In this document: positions 1 through 10,135 of the stretch, piece after piece
How the letters are laid out: each line of letters begins with the position of its first letter
Numbering within the stretch: the first letter of the stretch is position 1
Origin: an uncultured Verrucomicrobiota bacterium
GTDB lineage: Bacteria > Verrucomicrobiota > Verrucomicrobiia > Limisphaerales > UBA9464
Length of the DNA stretch: 43,851 nucleotides
Assembly: GCA_903858835.1 (NCBI GenBank)
Contig: CAIOKD010000024.1
Span: 1 to 43,851, forward strand
Direction: 5' to 3'
Translations under genes and position numbers: made by a program
The notes under the pieces: model-generated
Seen by the model: the letters and a program-made list of their open reading frames with translations, nothing else
Told to the model about the DNA's origin: nothing
Database searches by the model: none

Positions 1-94
1 AGCATGAAAGGTCTGTAATATTGTAATGCCTGAAAACGGCTTACGCTAGAGTGACAGTGCCACCGACTCCTGCAAATCCGGCAGTCGAGATACC

Positions 95-1402
<1,308 letters not shown>

Positions 1403-1414
1403 GTCCGACCCAAA

Positions 1415-1441
1415 GCCCCGCCTTTCCGGCGGGGCTTTTTC
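1415..1441 (+). terminator. Rho-independent terminator downstream of rpoD
   Basis: Perfect 8-bp GC stem: GCCCCGCC (1415-1422), loop TTTCC, GGCGGGGC (1428-1435). TTTTT follows at 1436-1440. It begins 13 nt after the rpoD stop. Confidence 0.75.
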
Positions 1442-1459
1442 ATCCCCTATGATCTCCCG

Positions 1460-3211
1460 ATGTCGACACCGTCCTGCTTAGAGATCGCCCCGGAGCGGCC
1501 TCTCGTACCGGGGCCCACGACACCCCGCCACCTCCTCGTCCCCATCCTGGGCCTGTTTCTGGTCGCGGTGATGGGCATGCCCGGCGTCCGTGGCCAGGGC
1601 TCGCCGGCCCGGACCGGGGTGCTGCGTGAACCACTCTTCGACGGGCCCGTGCTGCATTGGGACGTGCAGGTGCGGCGCAGCGGACTCGAGAAACTCCGGA
1701 AATCCGGCGGGCCCTGGAATCGGGCACAGGACGAGGACGCCTCGGCGACGGTGCGGGCGGGTGGGCAGGTCTGGACCAATGTCGCCGTGCACTTGAAAGG
1801 GGCGGCCGGGAGTTTCCGGCCGGTGGACGACCTGCCGGCCCTCACCCTCAATTTCGGCAAGTTTCAGGACGGCCAGACCTGCAACGGCCACCGCAAGCTA
1901 CATCTAAACAACTCGGTGCAGGATGCGGCGAGGATGGACGAGATCCTCGCCTCCGAAATGTTCCTCCAGTCCGGCGTACCCACCCCTAGGGCAACCCGTG
2001 CGTTGGTGTCCTTGAACGGCCGGTATCTCGGCATCTACGTGCTCAAGGGGGGCTGGGACAAACCCTTCCTGAAGCAGCACTTCGGCTCCTCCAAAGGCAA
2101 CTTCTACGACCCGGGGTTCCTCAAGGACCTCGACACCAACCTGGAGCGCGATTCCGGGGAGGGCATCGCCGACTGGTCCGACCTCGTCGCCTTGAGGCAG
2201 GCCCTGCGGGTCGAGGCCCCGCTGCAGCGCCTCGAGCAGGCCGGGCGTCACCTCGACCTCGACCGCATCACCACGCTGGCCGCGCTGCAGATCCTCTTGG
2301 ACGACTGGGACGGCTACCTGCGCAACCGCAACAACTACCGCGTGTACCACGCGCCTGATTCCGATCGCCTGGTACTGATGCCGCATGGCATGGACCAACT
2401 GTGGCGCAGTCCAAGGGGGTCGTTCACACCGCCCCTGACCAGCCTGTTAGGCCGCCGACTCTTCACCGTCCCGGCGATGGCCGACCGGTTGAGCCGCCGC
2501 ATGCGCGACCTGACCAACACCGTGTTCAACCCGGGATTCGTCGACGGAGTGTTCACCCAAGCCCAGGCCCGGCTCCGGGAACGGCTGGAGCAGGAGGGAA
2601 GGACCGAGGAATTCGCTCCGGTCCAACGGTCCGTGGACGAGACCCAGCGCCGGACCCGACAGCGGATGGCAGCATTTGCGGGGCAACCCTACCAGCCCCC
2701 CCAAACGGCCCGATTCGACGACGACGGACGCATGCGACTCACCGAGTGGCAGACGCTGGCCCCGGGCAAGGCGGATTCCCAGCCGGTCTCACCGGTGGTT
2801 GCTGATGACGGCTCCCGGGTGTTCCGGCTCGCGGCCGATCCCGACAAGAACAGCACATCCTTGCAGAAACGCGTGCTACTCTCCCCGGGTCTCTATCGAT
2901 TCGAGGCTCGAGTCCGCACCCGCTCGGTCTCGGGCCCTGGGGCCGGTCTGGGTTTTGAATCAGGACGCCGGGGGCAGCGGTTTGAAGAGGGGGATGTGAA
3001 GATCCAGAGGGTGACCGGCACTCACGAATGGACCTCCATCAGCCGAGAGATTTCATTGCAGGCTCGGGACGGCGGCGGTCGCCGGAGACCCGGGGAAGGC
3101 CATGGGAATGGCGGCGATTCCTCGAGAGAGGTCCTCCTTCATGCCGAACTGCTCGGCCAAGCCGGCATCGCGGAGTTCGATCCCGAGGCTTTCGTTCTCC
3201 TCAAGCGCTGA
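1460..3211 (+). CDS. Secreted CotH-family protein (atypical kinase fold)
   Basis: ATG at 1460. N-terminal hydrophobic signal or anchor: LLVPILGLFLVAVMGMPGV. CotH-like core by eye: KLHLNNSVQDAARMDEILASEMFLQSGVPTPRATRALVSLNGRYLGIYVLKGGWDKPFLKQHF, NFYDPGF, DGYLRNRNNYRVYH, LVLMPHGMDQ. Confidence 0.78.
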   Translation: MSTPSCLEIAPERPLVPGPTTPRHLLVPILGLFLVAVMGMPGVRGQGSPARTGVLREPLFDGPVLHWDVQVRRSGLEKLRKSGGPWNRAQDEDASATVRAGGQVWTNVAVHLKGAAGSFRPVDDLPALTLNFGKFQDGQTCNGHRKLHLNNSVQDAARMDEILASEMFLQSGVPTPRATRALVSLNGRYLGIYVLKGGWDKPFLKQHFGSSKGNFYDPGFLKDLDTNLERDSGEGIADWSDLVALRQALRVEAPLQRLEQAGRHLDLDRITTLAALQILLDDWDGYLRNRNNYRVYHAPDSDRLVLMPHGMDQLWRSPRGSFTPPLTSLLGRRLFTVPAMADRLSRRMRDLTNTVFNPGFVDGVFTQAQARLRERLEQEGRTEEFAPVQRSVDETQRRTRQRMAAFAGQPYQPPQTARFDDDGRMRLTEWQTLAPGKADSQPVSPVVADDGSRVFRLAADPDKNSTSLQKRVLLSPGLYRFEARVRTRSVSGPGAGLGFESGRRGQRFEEGDVKIQRVTGTHEWTSISREISLQARDGGGRRRPGEGHGNGGDSSREVLLHAELLGQAGIAEFDPEAFVLLKR

Positions 3212-3285
3212 CCTGTCCGTGGTGATCGGAACCATCGGTCCCTCGAACCTTTGGGCATTCCAGCAGGGCGTGGCGTCGCACGCAC

Positions 3286-3316
3286 AAAAAAAAGCCGCCC
3301 CAGAGGCGGCCTTTTG
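3286..3316. terminator. Bidirectional intrinsic terminator between convergent genes
   Basis: A8 run (3286-3293), stem GCCGCC (3294-3299), loop CCAGA, stem GGCGGC (3305-3310), then CTTTTG. On the minus strand the hairpin is followed by T8, so it is the stronger terminator for the ymdB-xseA-cytochrome operon. On the plus strand it is followed by T4. Confidence 0.6.
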
Positions 3317-3398
3317 CTGGAAATCGGAGGAGAAACCAGGGGGATCGGCGGGGAGCAGGAGGAACCCTGACGCCCGACCGCCTATCTTGGCTCGGGGC

Positions 3399-3779
3399 TC
3401 AGTCGGGCTTGTGGACCGAATGGCAGGCCTTGCAGTTGACGGCTGTCTTGAAGCCGTCGAGCGCACCGGGCTTGCCGGCGGCCAACGATTCGGCGGCGGC
3501 CTGAAGGGCCTTCGTCTTCTCGGTCCAGCTGGCCAAGTCGCCCTTGGAAGGCTTGTTCAGCGCCAGTTCCTTGGTCAGGAAGGCCATCTTCTTGAAATCG
3601 GCCTCATTCCCCTGCCCCTTCGAGATACGGGCACTGAGCGATTCCTTGCCCTTGAACCCGTCTTCCATGATCTGCTCGATGGAGAGGGAGGGCTTGGACG
3701 CGGACGAGGTGGACGCGCATCCGGCCGCGACGAGGGCGACCGCGGCGGCGGCGAGGAGGGAGGAGGTCGTGGATTTCAC
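3399..3779 (-). CDS. Lipoprotein, class II (cytochrome c-prime / c556-like) c-type cytochrome
   Basis: GTG start. Lipobox-like signal: AVALVAAGC. About 126 aa, helix-rich, with a single CXXCH (CKACH) about 10 residues from the C-terminus. That placement is the hallmark of class II four-helix-bundle cytochromes c. Confidence 0.68.
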   Translation of the reverse strand: MKSTTSSLLAAAAVALVAAGCASTSSASKPSLSIEQIMEDGFKGKESLSARISKGQGNEADFKKMAFLTKELALNKPSKGDLASWTEKTKALQAAAESLAAGKPGALDGFKTAVNCKACHSVHKPD

Positions 3780-3794
3780 GGGAGATTCGGCCGA

Positions 3795-5348
3795 TCAGGC
3801 CGGCGCGATAGAATCGCATCCGGCCCCGGGGTTCAAGGAGGAGATGCCGCCGGGGGGGCGTCCTCCTTCTTCGGTCGTCGCCGGGATCCCCGGGGCGACG
3901 CGGGTCACCACGCTGGACACCTCTCCGGATTGCAACCTCGTGCGCAATCGGACCCCTGCGACCAGCTCCGCAGCATGGCGGATCACCCTGCCGGTGTCAG
4001 CATCCACGGTCAGCGAATAGCCCCGGTCAAGGACGTTCTGGGGCGAGAGCAGGCGAAGGCGGCCGACCCACGACTCGAGCCTTCGGCGGCGGCGTTCGAG
4101 GGCCCGGGCGGGGATCGTGGCCAACGCCGAGCGGAATCGATCGAGTGCGGCTCGGGCCGATCTGACTCGAGCCTGGGGACGCCGGTCGAGCAACCGCTGG
4201 CGCCGGGACTCCAGAAGCCGGGCCATCGCCCGAACCGACCGGACAAACCCTCGCTCCAGAGCCACGACCGCGTCGTCCAACCGCTGGGATCGCGTCTCCA
4301 GTCGCCGGCGGGGATGGAGCTTCACCCAGCGCCGGACCCATCCGGACAGGTGCTGCCGGGAACGGTCCAAGCGCCGCCAAGCCAAGGTCGCCATACGATC
4401 CCGGCACGACTCCACGAACTCCCGGCTGTCGACCCAGTCCTGGGTGAGGATCTCGGCGGCCGAGCTTGGCGTCGCGGCCCGCAGGTCGGCGACGAAGTCG
4501 GCAATCGTGAAATCGATCTCATGACCCACCGCAGACACGACGGGCACCGCCGACGCGGCGATCGCCCGGGCCACAGCCTCTTCGTTGAAGCACCAGAGGT
4601 CTTCGAGAGAACCCCCACCCCGCGTGACCAGGAGGACGTCGAGAGGACGCCCCTGGGCTGAGAACCGGTTCAATCTCCCGATCGCAGCCGCGATCTCCTG
4701 GGCCGCCCCAGCCCCCTGGACCCGGACCGGCTCGAGCACGATCTCGGGCCGGAATCGCCGGGACAGGACATGAAAGACATCCTGGATGGCCGCGCCCGTC
4801 GGCGAGGTCACCAGGCCGATCCGGGCAGGGAAACGCGGCAGCGGACGCTTGCGGGCCGGATCGAAGAGCCCCTCGGCCGCCAGCTTCGCCTTGAGCCTCT
4901 CGAAGGCCGCTTGCAGCGCACCCACCCCCTGCACTTCCACCTTGGCGACCCGCAACTGGTAGTTGCCCCGAGGCTCGTACACCGTGATGTCGCCCTCCAG
5001 AATGACCTGGGCGCCATCCTGGATCGCGGACCTCCCGGCTCCGCCCTGCCCTCGGAACAGCACACAGCTCAACTGCGCCCCGGCGTCCTTCAGCACGAAG
5101 TAGGCGTGTCCGGAATTTTGAAGGCGGAAGTTCGACACCTCGCCGGCTACGCGCCGGTCCATGAAGGATCCCTCGAGCTGCCGCTTGATCCGCTGGGTAA
5201 GTTCGGAGACCGATTCCGGCGAGGGCGGGGCCGGCTCTTGGGTCTGCTCTTTGGGAGAGGCTTTGGTCGGAGCAAGAGCCGCTGCCTTGCCGGGCTCCTG
5301 GAAGAGATCGCCGGCGAAGTTCCACTGGCTCTTGGAGACTCGGGGCAT
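3795..5348 (-). CDS. xseA: Exodeoxyribonuclease VII large subunit
   Basis: OB-fold N-terminal region: VSELTQRIKRQLEGSF...GEVSNFRLQNSGHAYFVLKDAGAQLSCVLFRG. Catalytic core: VTRGGGSLEDLWCFNEEAVARAIAASAVPVVSAVGHEIDFTIADFVADLRAATPSSAAE. Low-complexity extensions at both termini. Confidence 0.9.
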   Translation of the reverse strand: MPRVSKSQWNFAGDLFQEPGKAAALAPTKASPKEQTQEPAPPSPESVSELTQRIKRQLEGSFMDRRVAGEVSNFRLQNSGHAYFVLKDAGAQLSCVLFRGQGGAGRSAIQDGAQVILEGDITVYEPRGNYQLRVAKVEVQGVGALQAAFERLKAKLAAEGLFDPARKRPLPRFPARIGLVTSPTGAAIQDVFHVLSRRFRPEIVLEPVRVQGAGAAQEIAAAIGRLNRFSAQGRPLDVLLVTRGGGSLEDLWCFNEEAVARAIAASAVPVVSAVGHEIDFTIADFVADLRAATPSSAAEILTQDWVDSREFVESCRDRMATLAWRRLDRSRQHLSGWVRRWVKLHPRRRLETRSQRLDDAVVALERGFVRSVRAMARLLESRRQRLLDRRPQARVRSARAALDRFRSALATIPARALERRRRRLESWVGRLRLLSPQNVLDRGYSLTVDADTGRVIRHAAELVAGVRLRTRLQSGEVSSVVTRVAPGIPATTEEGGRPPGGISSLNPGAGCDSIAPA

Positions 5349-5405
5349 GTCGGGATCAGGATTCGATTTCGGGGTCTCGGGGCAGTGGTGCTGCTGCGTG
5401 CCCGA

Positions 5406-6212
5406 TCAGTCCAAGGCCTCCGACACCCGGGTGATGGATCGGGCCGATCCGGACACCGGGTCGATGTCGATCAACGCGCCCTGCATCAGGATCCGGTCTT
5501 GGGCCACCTCGAAGCGCTGAGGAAGCCCCGTCAAGAATCGCCTCAGCACCGGCTCCACGGTGCGACCCAGGACGGAATCATGCGGACCGGTGAATCCCGC
5601 ATCGGTGAGGTAGGCGGTTCCCTTGGGAAAGACCTGCTCATCGGCCGTCTGCACGTGGGTGTGGGTGCCGATGACCGCCGACACCGATCCGTCGAGCATT
5701 CGACCCAGGGCGATCTTCTCGGAGGTCGCCTCGCCGTGGAAATCGACCAGGATGATCCGGGTCGCTGTCCTCAGCCGAGCCACCTCGGCCTGCGCCAGCA
5801 GGAAGGGATTCTCAAGCGGGGGCATGAAGGTCCGAGCCTGGAGGTTGAGTACCGCCACCGGGGGCAGGCCCGGCTTGTTCCAGACGATGGCCCCGCTACC
5901 CGGGATTCCCGGCGGATAGTTGGCGGGCCGCAGGACGCGGGATTCGGTGGTCAGGAACGAGGCCGTTTCCTTCTGGTCCCAGACGTGATCGCCGGTGGTG
6001 ATGACGTCCACCCCGTAGCCGAACAATTCGCCCGCGATGCCCGCGGTGATGCCGTTGCCCCCGGCGCTGTTCTCGCCGTTGGCCACCACGAAATCGATCT
6101 CCTCCCGCTGGACGAAGTTCTCGAGCATCAAACGGACCGCACGCCGGCCCGGTTCTCCCACGATGTCCCCCAAGAACAGAAGTTTCACGGACCCCACCCT
6201 GTCGGATTCCAT
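5406..6212 (-). CDS. ymdB: YmdB-family metallophosphoesterase (2',3'-cyclic-nucleotide 2'-phosphodiesterase-like, TIGR00282 type)
   Basis: Motifs: KLLFLGDIVGEPGRRAV, DFVVANGENSAGGNGIT, GVDVITTGDHVWDQKE, ILVDFHGEATSEK, IGTHTHVQTADE. Confidence 0.87.
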   Translation of the reverse strand: MESDRVGSVKLLFLGDIVGEPGRRAVRLMLENFVQREEIDFVVANGENSAGGNGITAGIAGELFGYGVDVITTGDHVWDQKETASFLTTESRVLRPANYPPGIPGSGAIVWNKPGLPPVAVLNLQARTFMPPLENPFLLAQAEVARLRTATRIILVDFHGEATSEKIALGRMLDGSVSAVIGTHTHVQTADEQVFPKGTAYLTDAGFTGPHDSVLGRTVEPVLRRFLTGLPQRFEVAQDRILMQGALIDIDPVSGSARSITRVSEALD

Positions 6213-6322
6213 GTCGGCTAGGAAGCAAACTGTGCTGACCAGAGCGCCCCTGGCCCGCCCCCGAGCCTCCGAGGGTTTTGCCTAGATCCCCGGGCCGAAT
6301 TCCCGGATCGTCCGCCTGCCGC

Positions 6323-7723
6323 ATGTCACCTTTCCGCTACGCATTCTGGAAGATCTACCGGGAGGCGGGCCACCTGTCGGAACAGGCCCAGAAGATCCTC
6401 GACCACCAGCGCGACCTGCTGAAGCCGGAACGGGTCACCGAGCTCGAGAGTGCCATCGGGCATCTCGAATCCACCCGCAAGTCCGGCACCCGAGAAGAGA
6501 TCGCCGCGGCGATGGCCCGATTGGAGACGGTCGCCCAGACCTCGCTGATGGCCTATCCGCACGCCTCGATGCGCGAAAATGTCGAAGGGCTCCTGACCAT
6601 GGGCATCGTGCTCTTCGCCTTCCGGCAGTTCTTCTTCCAGCCGATGGCCATCCCCACAGGGTCGGCCCAACCGACCTTCAATGGCATCACCTGCGAAGAC
6701 CTCCGTTATCAGGACAAACCATTCCCGAACCCGCTCGTCCAGGCGGTGGAGTGGGCACTGTTCGGATATCACTATTACGAGGTGATCGCCCAACAGGACG
6801 GCGAACTCCAAGGAATCGCACCGTCCAACGGTTCGGGCGGCCTCCTCGGGGCGCTCCGGAAGAGCTTCGACCTCGAGGTGGGGTCGGTCACCTACACGGT
6901 GGCCACCTCGATGAGCGAGGACACCGGTTCCTTCCTGCGGCACATGGGCCTAGTCAACGACTACAGCGTCTATCCGCAGCGGGCGTTCAAGAGGGGAGAG
7001 CCGATCATCCGATGTCGGGTGAAGTCCGGCGATCGCCTCATGGTCGACCGGATCACCTACAATTTCCGGACCCCGCGCCGCGGCGACACGGTGGTGTTCA
7101 AGTCGATGCAACACCCCGGCATGACGCCCAATACCCACTACATCAAGCGACTGGTCGGCCTCGGGGGCGAGACGATCCGGATCGGCGACGACCGCCATGT
7201 GGTGGTCGACGGCAAACGGCTCGATGCAGCCACCCCGGGATTCGAGACGGTCTACAGCTTCGACACGGCCGCCCATCCCGCCTCGAGCGTTTATTCCGGT
7301 CACGTCAACGGTCTGGGGTTCGTCGAGGGCCGCTGGTTCTCCACCCACGAGGCGGAATACGCGCTCATGAGAGAAAAGGGCCCCACCACCCACCGGCAGC
7401 TCCAGGATTTCGCCCAAGAAAAAACGCGGATCTGGCACCGATTCACCGGCACCGGAAACACCGAGCCCAAGGGTGAGGGTCGTCTCGACGGCAACCTCCA
7501 GCGTCTCGAGTCGGAACGTCTCCTGGGCGTCCCCAATTTCCCGGATTCCAAAGCCCACGTCACGATCCGCCCGGGACATGTCTTCTGCCTCGGCGACAAC
7601 ACCATGAACAGCTCCGACTCGCGCATGTGGCCCGTGCCCGATTTCCCACAGGAACGCATCGTGGGCAAATCAGGATGGATTTTCTGGCCTCTGAGCCGCC
7701 GCTGGGGGTGGAGCCAGCACTGA
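6323..7723 (+). CDS. lepB: Signal peptidase I
   Basis: Motifs: GDRLMVDRITYNFRTPRRGDTVVFKS, YIKRLVGLGGETIRIGDD, HVFCLGDNTMNSSDSRMWP. The ORF is open from a TTG at 6278. I prefer the in-frame ATG at 6323 (MSPFRYAFW...). There is a long insertion between the conserved boxes. Confidence 0.86.
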   Translation: MSPFRYAFWKIYREAGHLSEQAQKILDHQRDLLKPERVTELESAIGHLESTRKSGTREEIAAAMARLETVAQTSLMAYPHASMRENVEGLLTMGIVLFAFRQFFFQPMAIPTGSAQPTFNGITCEDLRYQDKPFPNPLVQAVEWALFGYHYYEVIAQQDGELQGIAPSNGSGGLLGALRKSFDLEVGSVTYTVATSMSEDTGSFLRHMGLVNDYSVYPQRAFKRGEPIIRCRVKSGDRLMVDRITYNFRTPRRGDTVVFKSMQHPGMTPNTHYIKRLVGLGGETIRIGDDRHVVVDGKRLDAATPGFETVYSFDTAAHPASSVYSGHVNGLGFVEGRWFSTHEAEYALMREKGPTTHRQLQDFAQEKTRIWHRFTGTGNTEPKGEGRLDGNLQRLESERLLGVPNFPDSKAHVTIRPGHVFCLGDNTMNSSDSRMWPVPDFPQERIVGKSGWIFWPLSRRWGWSQH

Positions 7724-7840
7724 CGGTCAAGCACGCTACCCTTGTCTGGCAACTCACCGGCTCGGGATGTTCCCGACGCCGACATCAGCGTTGACCGGAC
7801 TCCGTGAACCGCCAACCTCCTGTTCTGATCGTTTCCGCGA

Positions 7841-9982
7841 ATGAAGACCCTGTTGTTCGTCTGCACCGGCAATACCTGCCGCAGCCCGATGGCTGCCGCC
7901 TTGGCGAGGCAGGCCTTGGGTGACTCGAAGGACTGGAGGGTCGTGTCGGCGGGCATCGGAGCGCTCAACGGGCAGTCGGTCAGCCAGCACTCGGTCACGG
8001 CCCTCCGCCCGCTGGGACTCGACATCTCCCAGCACCGGGCGCAGATGCTGACCGGCAGGATGATCCAGGAGGCCGACTACATCTTCGGCCTGACCCGGGG
8101 CCATGTGGAGGGGATCGCCAGCCTGTACCCCGAGGCGGCCGAGAAATTGTTCGTGCTCCGCGAGTTCGAGGAGGAGATCGCCGACATAGACCTCGACATC
8201 CACGATCCCATCGGCGGACCGCTGGAAGGCTACATGGAGTGCCGCGACCAGATCCGCAAGGCGGTGGACGCGGCCGTCCGCTTCCTTAGGGAGGGCGCCT
8301 CGACGCGCGCGGGAATCACCGTCGCCCTCGGCTCCGACCATGCGGGCTTCACCCTCAAGAGCGCGCTGGCGACCGCCCTCGCCGGCTGGGGCGTCGAGGT
8401 CCAAGACGAAGGAACCCACGGCACCGATTCGGTCGACTATCCCGACCACGCCCAGGCCGTCGCCCACAGGGTGGCCGCCGGCGAGGCCGATCTGGGTATC
8501 CTCGTTTGCTCGACCGGGGTCGGTGTTAGCATCGCCGCCAACAAGGTGCCCGGCGTCCGCGCGGCGCTGGTACACACCGTCGAAGGCGCCGCTCTTGCCC
8601 GCCAGCACAACGATGCCAACGTGCTGTGCCTCGGAGCTCGGTTCGTCGCGCAGGACCAGGCCCTGGCCATCGTAGAAACATTCCTCCGGACTCCCTTTGA
8701 AGGCGGCCGCCACGAGCGCCGCGTGAACAAGATCGAACCCGAAATGTCCACATCCCTCGAATCTGTCGATCCCCAGATCGCTGAAATCATCCGCCACGAG
8801 CGTTCCCGCCAGCTCGAGAACATCGAGCTCATCGCCAGCGAGAACTTCACCAGCCCGGCCGTCATGCAGACCCAGGGCAGCGTGTTGACCAACAAATACG
8901 CCGAGGGATACCCCGGCAAACGGTGGTACGGAGGCTGCGAGTACGTCGACGAGGCCGAGCAACTGGCCATCGATCGCGCCAAGCGGCTGTTCGGGGCCGA
9001 GCACGCCAACGTCCAACCCCACAGCGGTTCGGGCGCCAACATGGCCGTCTATTTCAGCATGCTCAAACCGGGCGACAAGCTGCTGACCATGGACCTGAGC
9101 CACGGCGGCCACCTGACCCACGGCAACAAGGCCAACTTCTCGGGCAAGTTCTTCGAGATCGTCCACTACGGGGTCCGTCGAGACAGCGAACTGATCGACT
9201 ACGACCAACTGGCCAGCATGGCCCGTGAGCACCGCCCCCGGATGATCACGGTCGGCGCGTCGGCCTATTCCCGGCGCATCGACTTCCAGCGCATGGGTGA
9301 GATCGCCCGCGAGGTCGGAGCGATGCTCCTGGCGGACATCGCCCACATCGCCGGCCTGGTCGCCGCCGGGGTCCACCCGAGCCCGGTACCCCATGCCGAC
9401 TTCGTCACCACCACCACCCACAAGACCCTCCGCGGCCCTCGGGGGGGCCTCGTCCTGTGCAAGGCCCAGTACGCCAAGGCCATCGATTCCCAGGTGTTCC
9501 CCGGAATCCAGGGCGGGCCGCTCATGCACGTCATCGCGGCCAAGGCCGTGTGCTTCCACGAGGCCCTGCAGCCCGGATTCCAGGCCTACCAGCAGCAGAT
9601 CGTCCGCAACGCGGCCGCCCTCTGCGACGGCATGAAGCGCAACGGCTTCCGGATCGTCAGCGGCGGCACCGAGAACCACCTGATGCTCGTCGATGTCGGG
9701 GCGCGCGGCATGACGGGCAAGCAATGCCAGCTGGCCCTCGACGTGGCCGGGATCACCACCAACAAGAACACCATTCCCTTCGAAACCCGTTCACCCTTCG
9801 AGGGCAGCGGTGTCCGGTTGGGCACCCCGGCGGTCACCACCCGCGGCATGCGCGAGCCCGAGATGCTGGCCATCGCCGACATGATCAGCGAGGTATTGCT
9901 CGACATCGCCAATCCGGCAACGGCGCAGCAGGTCCGGGACCGTGTCCGGGCGCTCACCGCCCGATTCCCCCTACCCTACTGA
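7841..9982 (+). CDS. glyA: Tri-domain ORF: LMW phosphatase (YwlE-like) + ribose-5-phosphate isomerase B + serine hydroxymethyltransferase
   Basis: One uninterrupted 713-codon frame with a single stop at 9980-9982.
- Residues 1-~150: LMW-PTP fold, with P-loop [15 protein letters not shown] and a DP loop IHDPIGG.
- Residues ~158-300: RpiB/LacAB ([68 protein letters not shown]).
- Residues 302-713: SHMT ([58 protein letters not shown]).
An internal ATG at 8744 ([10 protein letters not shown]) could also initiate a stand-alone GlyA. There is no start codon at the PTP/RpiB junction. Confidence 0.88.
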   Translation: MKTLLFVCTGNTCRSPMAAALARQALGDSKDWRVVSAGIGALNGQSVSQHSVTALRPLGLDISQHRAQMLTGRMIQEADYIFGLTRGHVEGIASLYPEAAEKLFVLREFEEEIADIDLDIHDPIGGPLEGYMECRDQIRKAVDAAVRFLREGASTRAGITVALGSDHAGFTLKSALATALAGWGVEVQDEGTHGTDSVDYPDHAQAVAHRVAAGEADLGILVCSTGVGVSIAANKVPGVRAALVHTVEGAALARQHNDANVLCLGARFVAQDQALAIVETFLRTPFEGGRHERRVNKIEPEMSTSLESVDPQIAEIIRHERSRQLENIELIASENFTSPAVMQTQGSVLTNKYAEGYPGKRWYGGCEYVDEAEQLAIDRAKRLFGAEHANVQPHSGSGANMAVYFSMLKPGDKLLTMDLSHGGHLTHGNKANFSGKFFEIVHYGVRRDSELIDYDQLASMAREHRPRMITVGASAYSRRIDFQRMGEIAREVGAMLLADIAHIAGLVAAGVHPSPVPHADFVTTTTHKTLRGPRGGLVLCKAQYAKAIDSQVFPGIQGGPLMHVIAAKAVCFHEALQPGFQAYQQQIVRNAAALCDGMKRNGFRIVSGGTENHLMLVDVGARGMTGKQCQLALDVAGITTNKNTIPFETRSPFEGSGVRLGTPAVTTRGMREPEMLAIADMISEVLLDIANPATAQQVRDRVRALTARFPLPY

Positions 9983-10135
9983 TCGTCGGTCGATCCATCC
10001 CCGGGACCCGGCGTCGCCACGGCGGCCGGTTCCCGGAGAAGCCCTCCCCAGATCACCTCTGGGCAACTCCCCGGTCCGGGATCGACCCCGCCTTTCCGAG
10101 TGTCCAAGCCAGCCTCTGCGGTGTAGCTTCGGACC

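Noticed and set aside
7762-7776. A short hairpin, TCGGGA-TGT-TCCCGA, after lepB
   Set aside because: The stem is 6 bp with a 3-nt loop and no T-tract. That is insufficient for a terminator call.
7754-9724. A 656-aa minus-strand ORF antisense to the phosphatase-RpiB-GlyA gene. Similar long antisense or out-of-frame ORFs: 41-1363(-), 3102-4661(+), 4770-6221(+), 10592-11833(-), 11876-13312(-), 15719-16834(+), 19242-20597(+), 24663-25772(-), 26739-28604(-), 29047-30822(-), 30987-33311(-), 33991-35031(-), 35573-37033(-), 42629-43705(-)
   Set aside because: All lie opposite or out of frame to genes with unmistakable family motifs. Their translations are dominated by Arg, Gly, Pro, Ala, Leu and Asp/Glu runs with no recognisable motifs. 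Stop codons are rare in non-coding frames of GC-rich DNA, so these are shadow ORFs.
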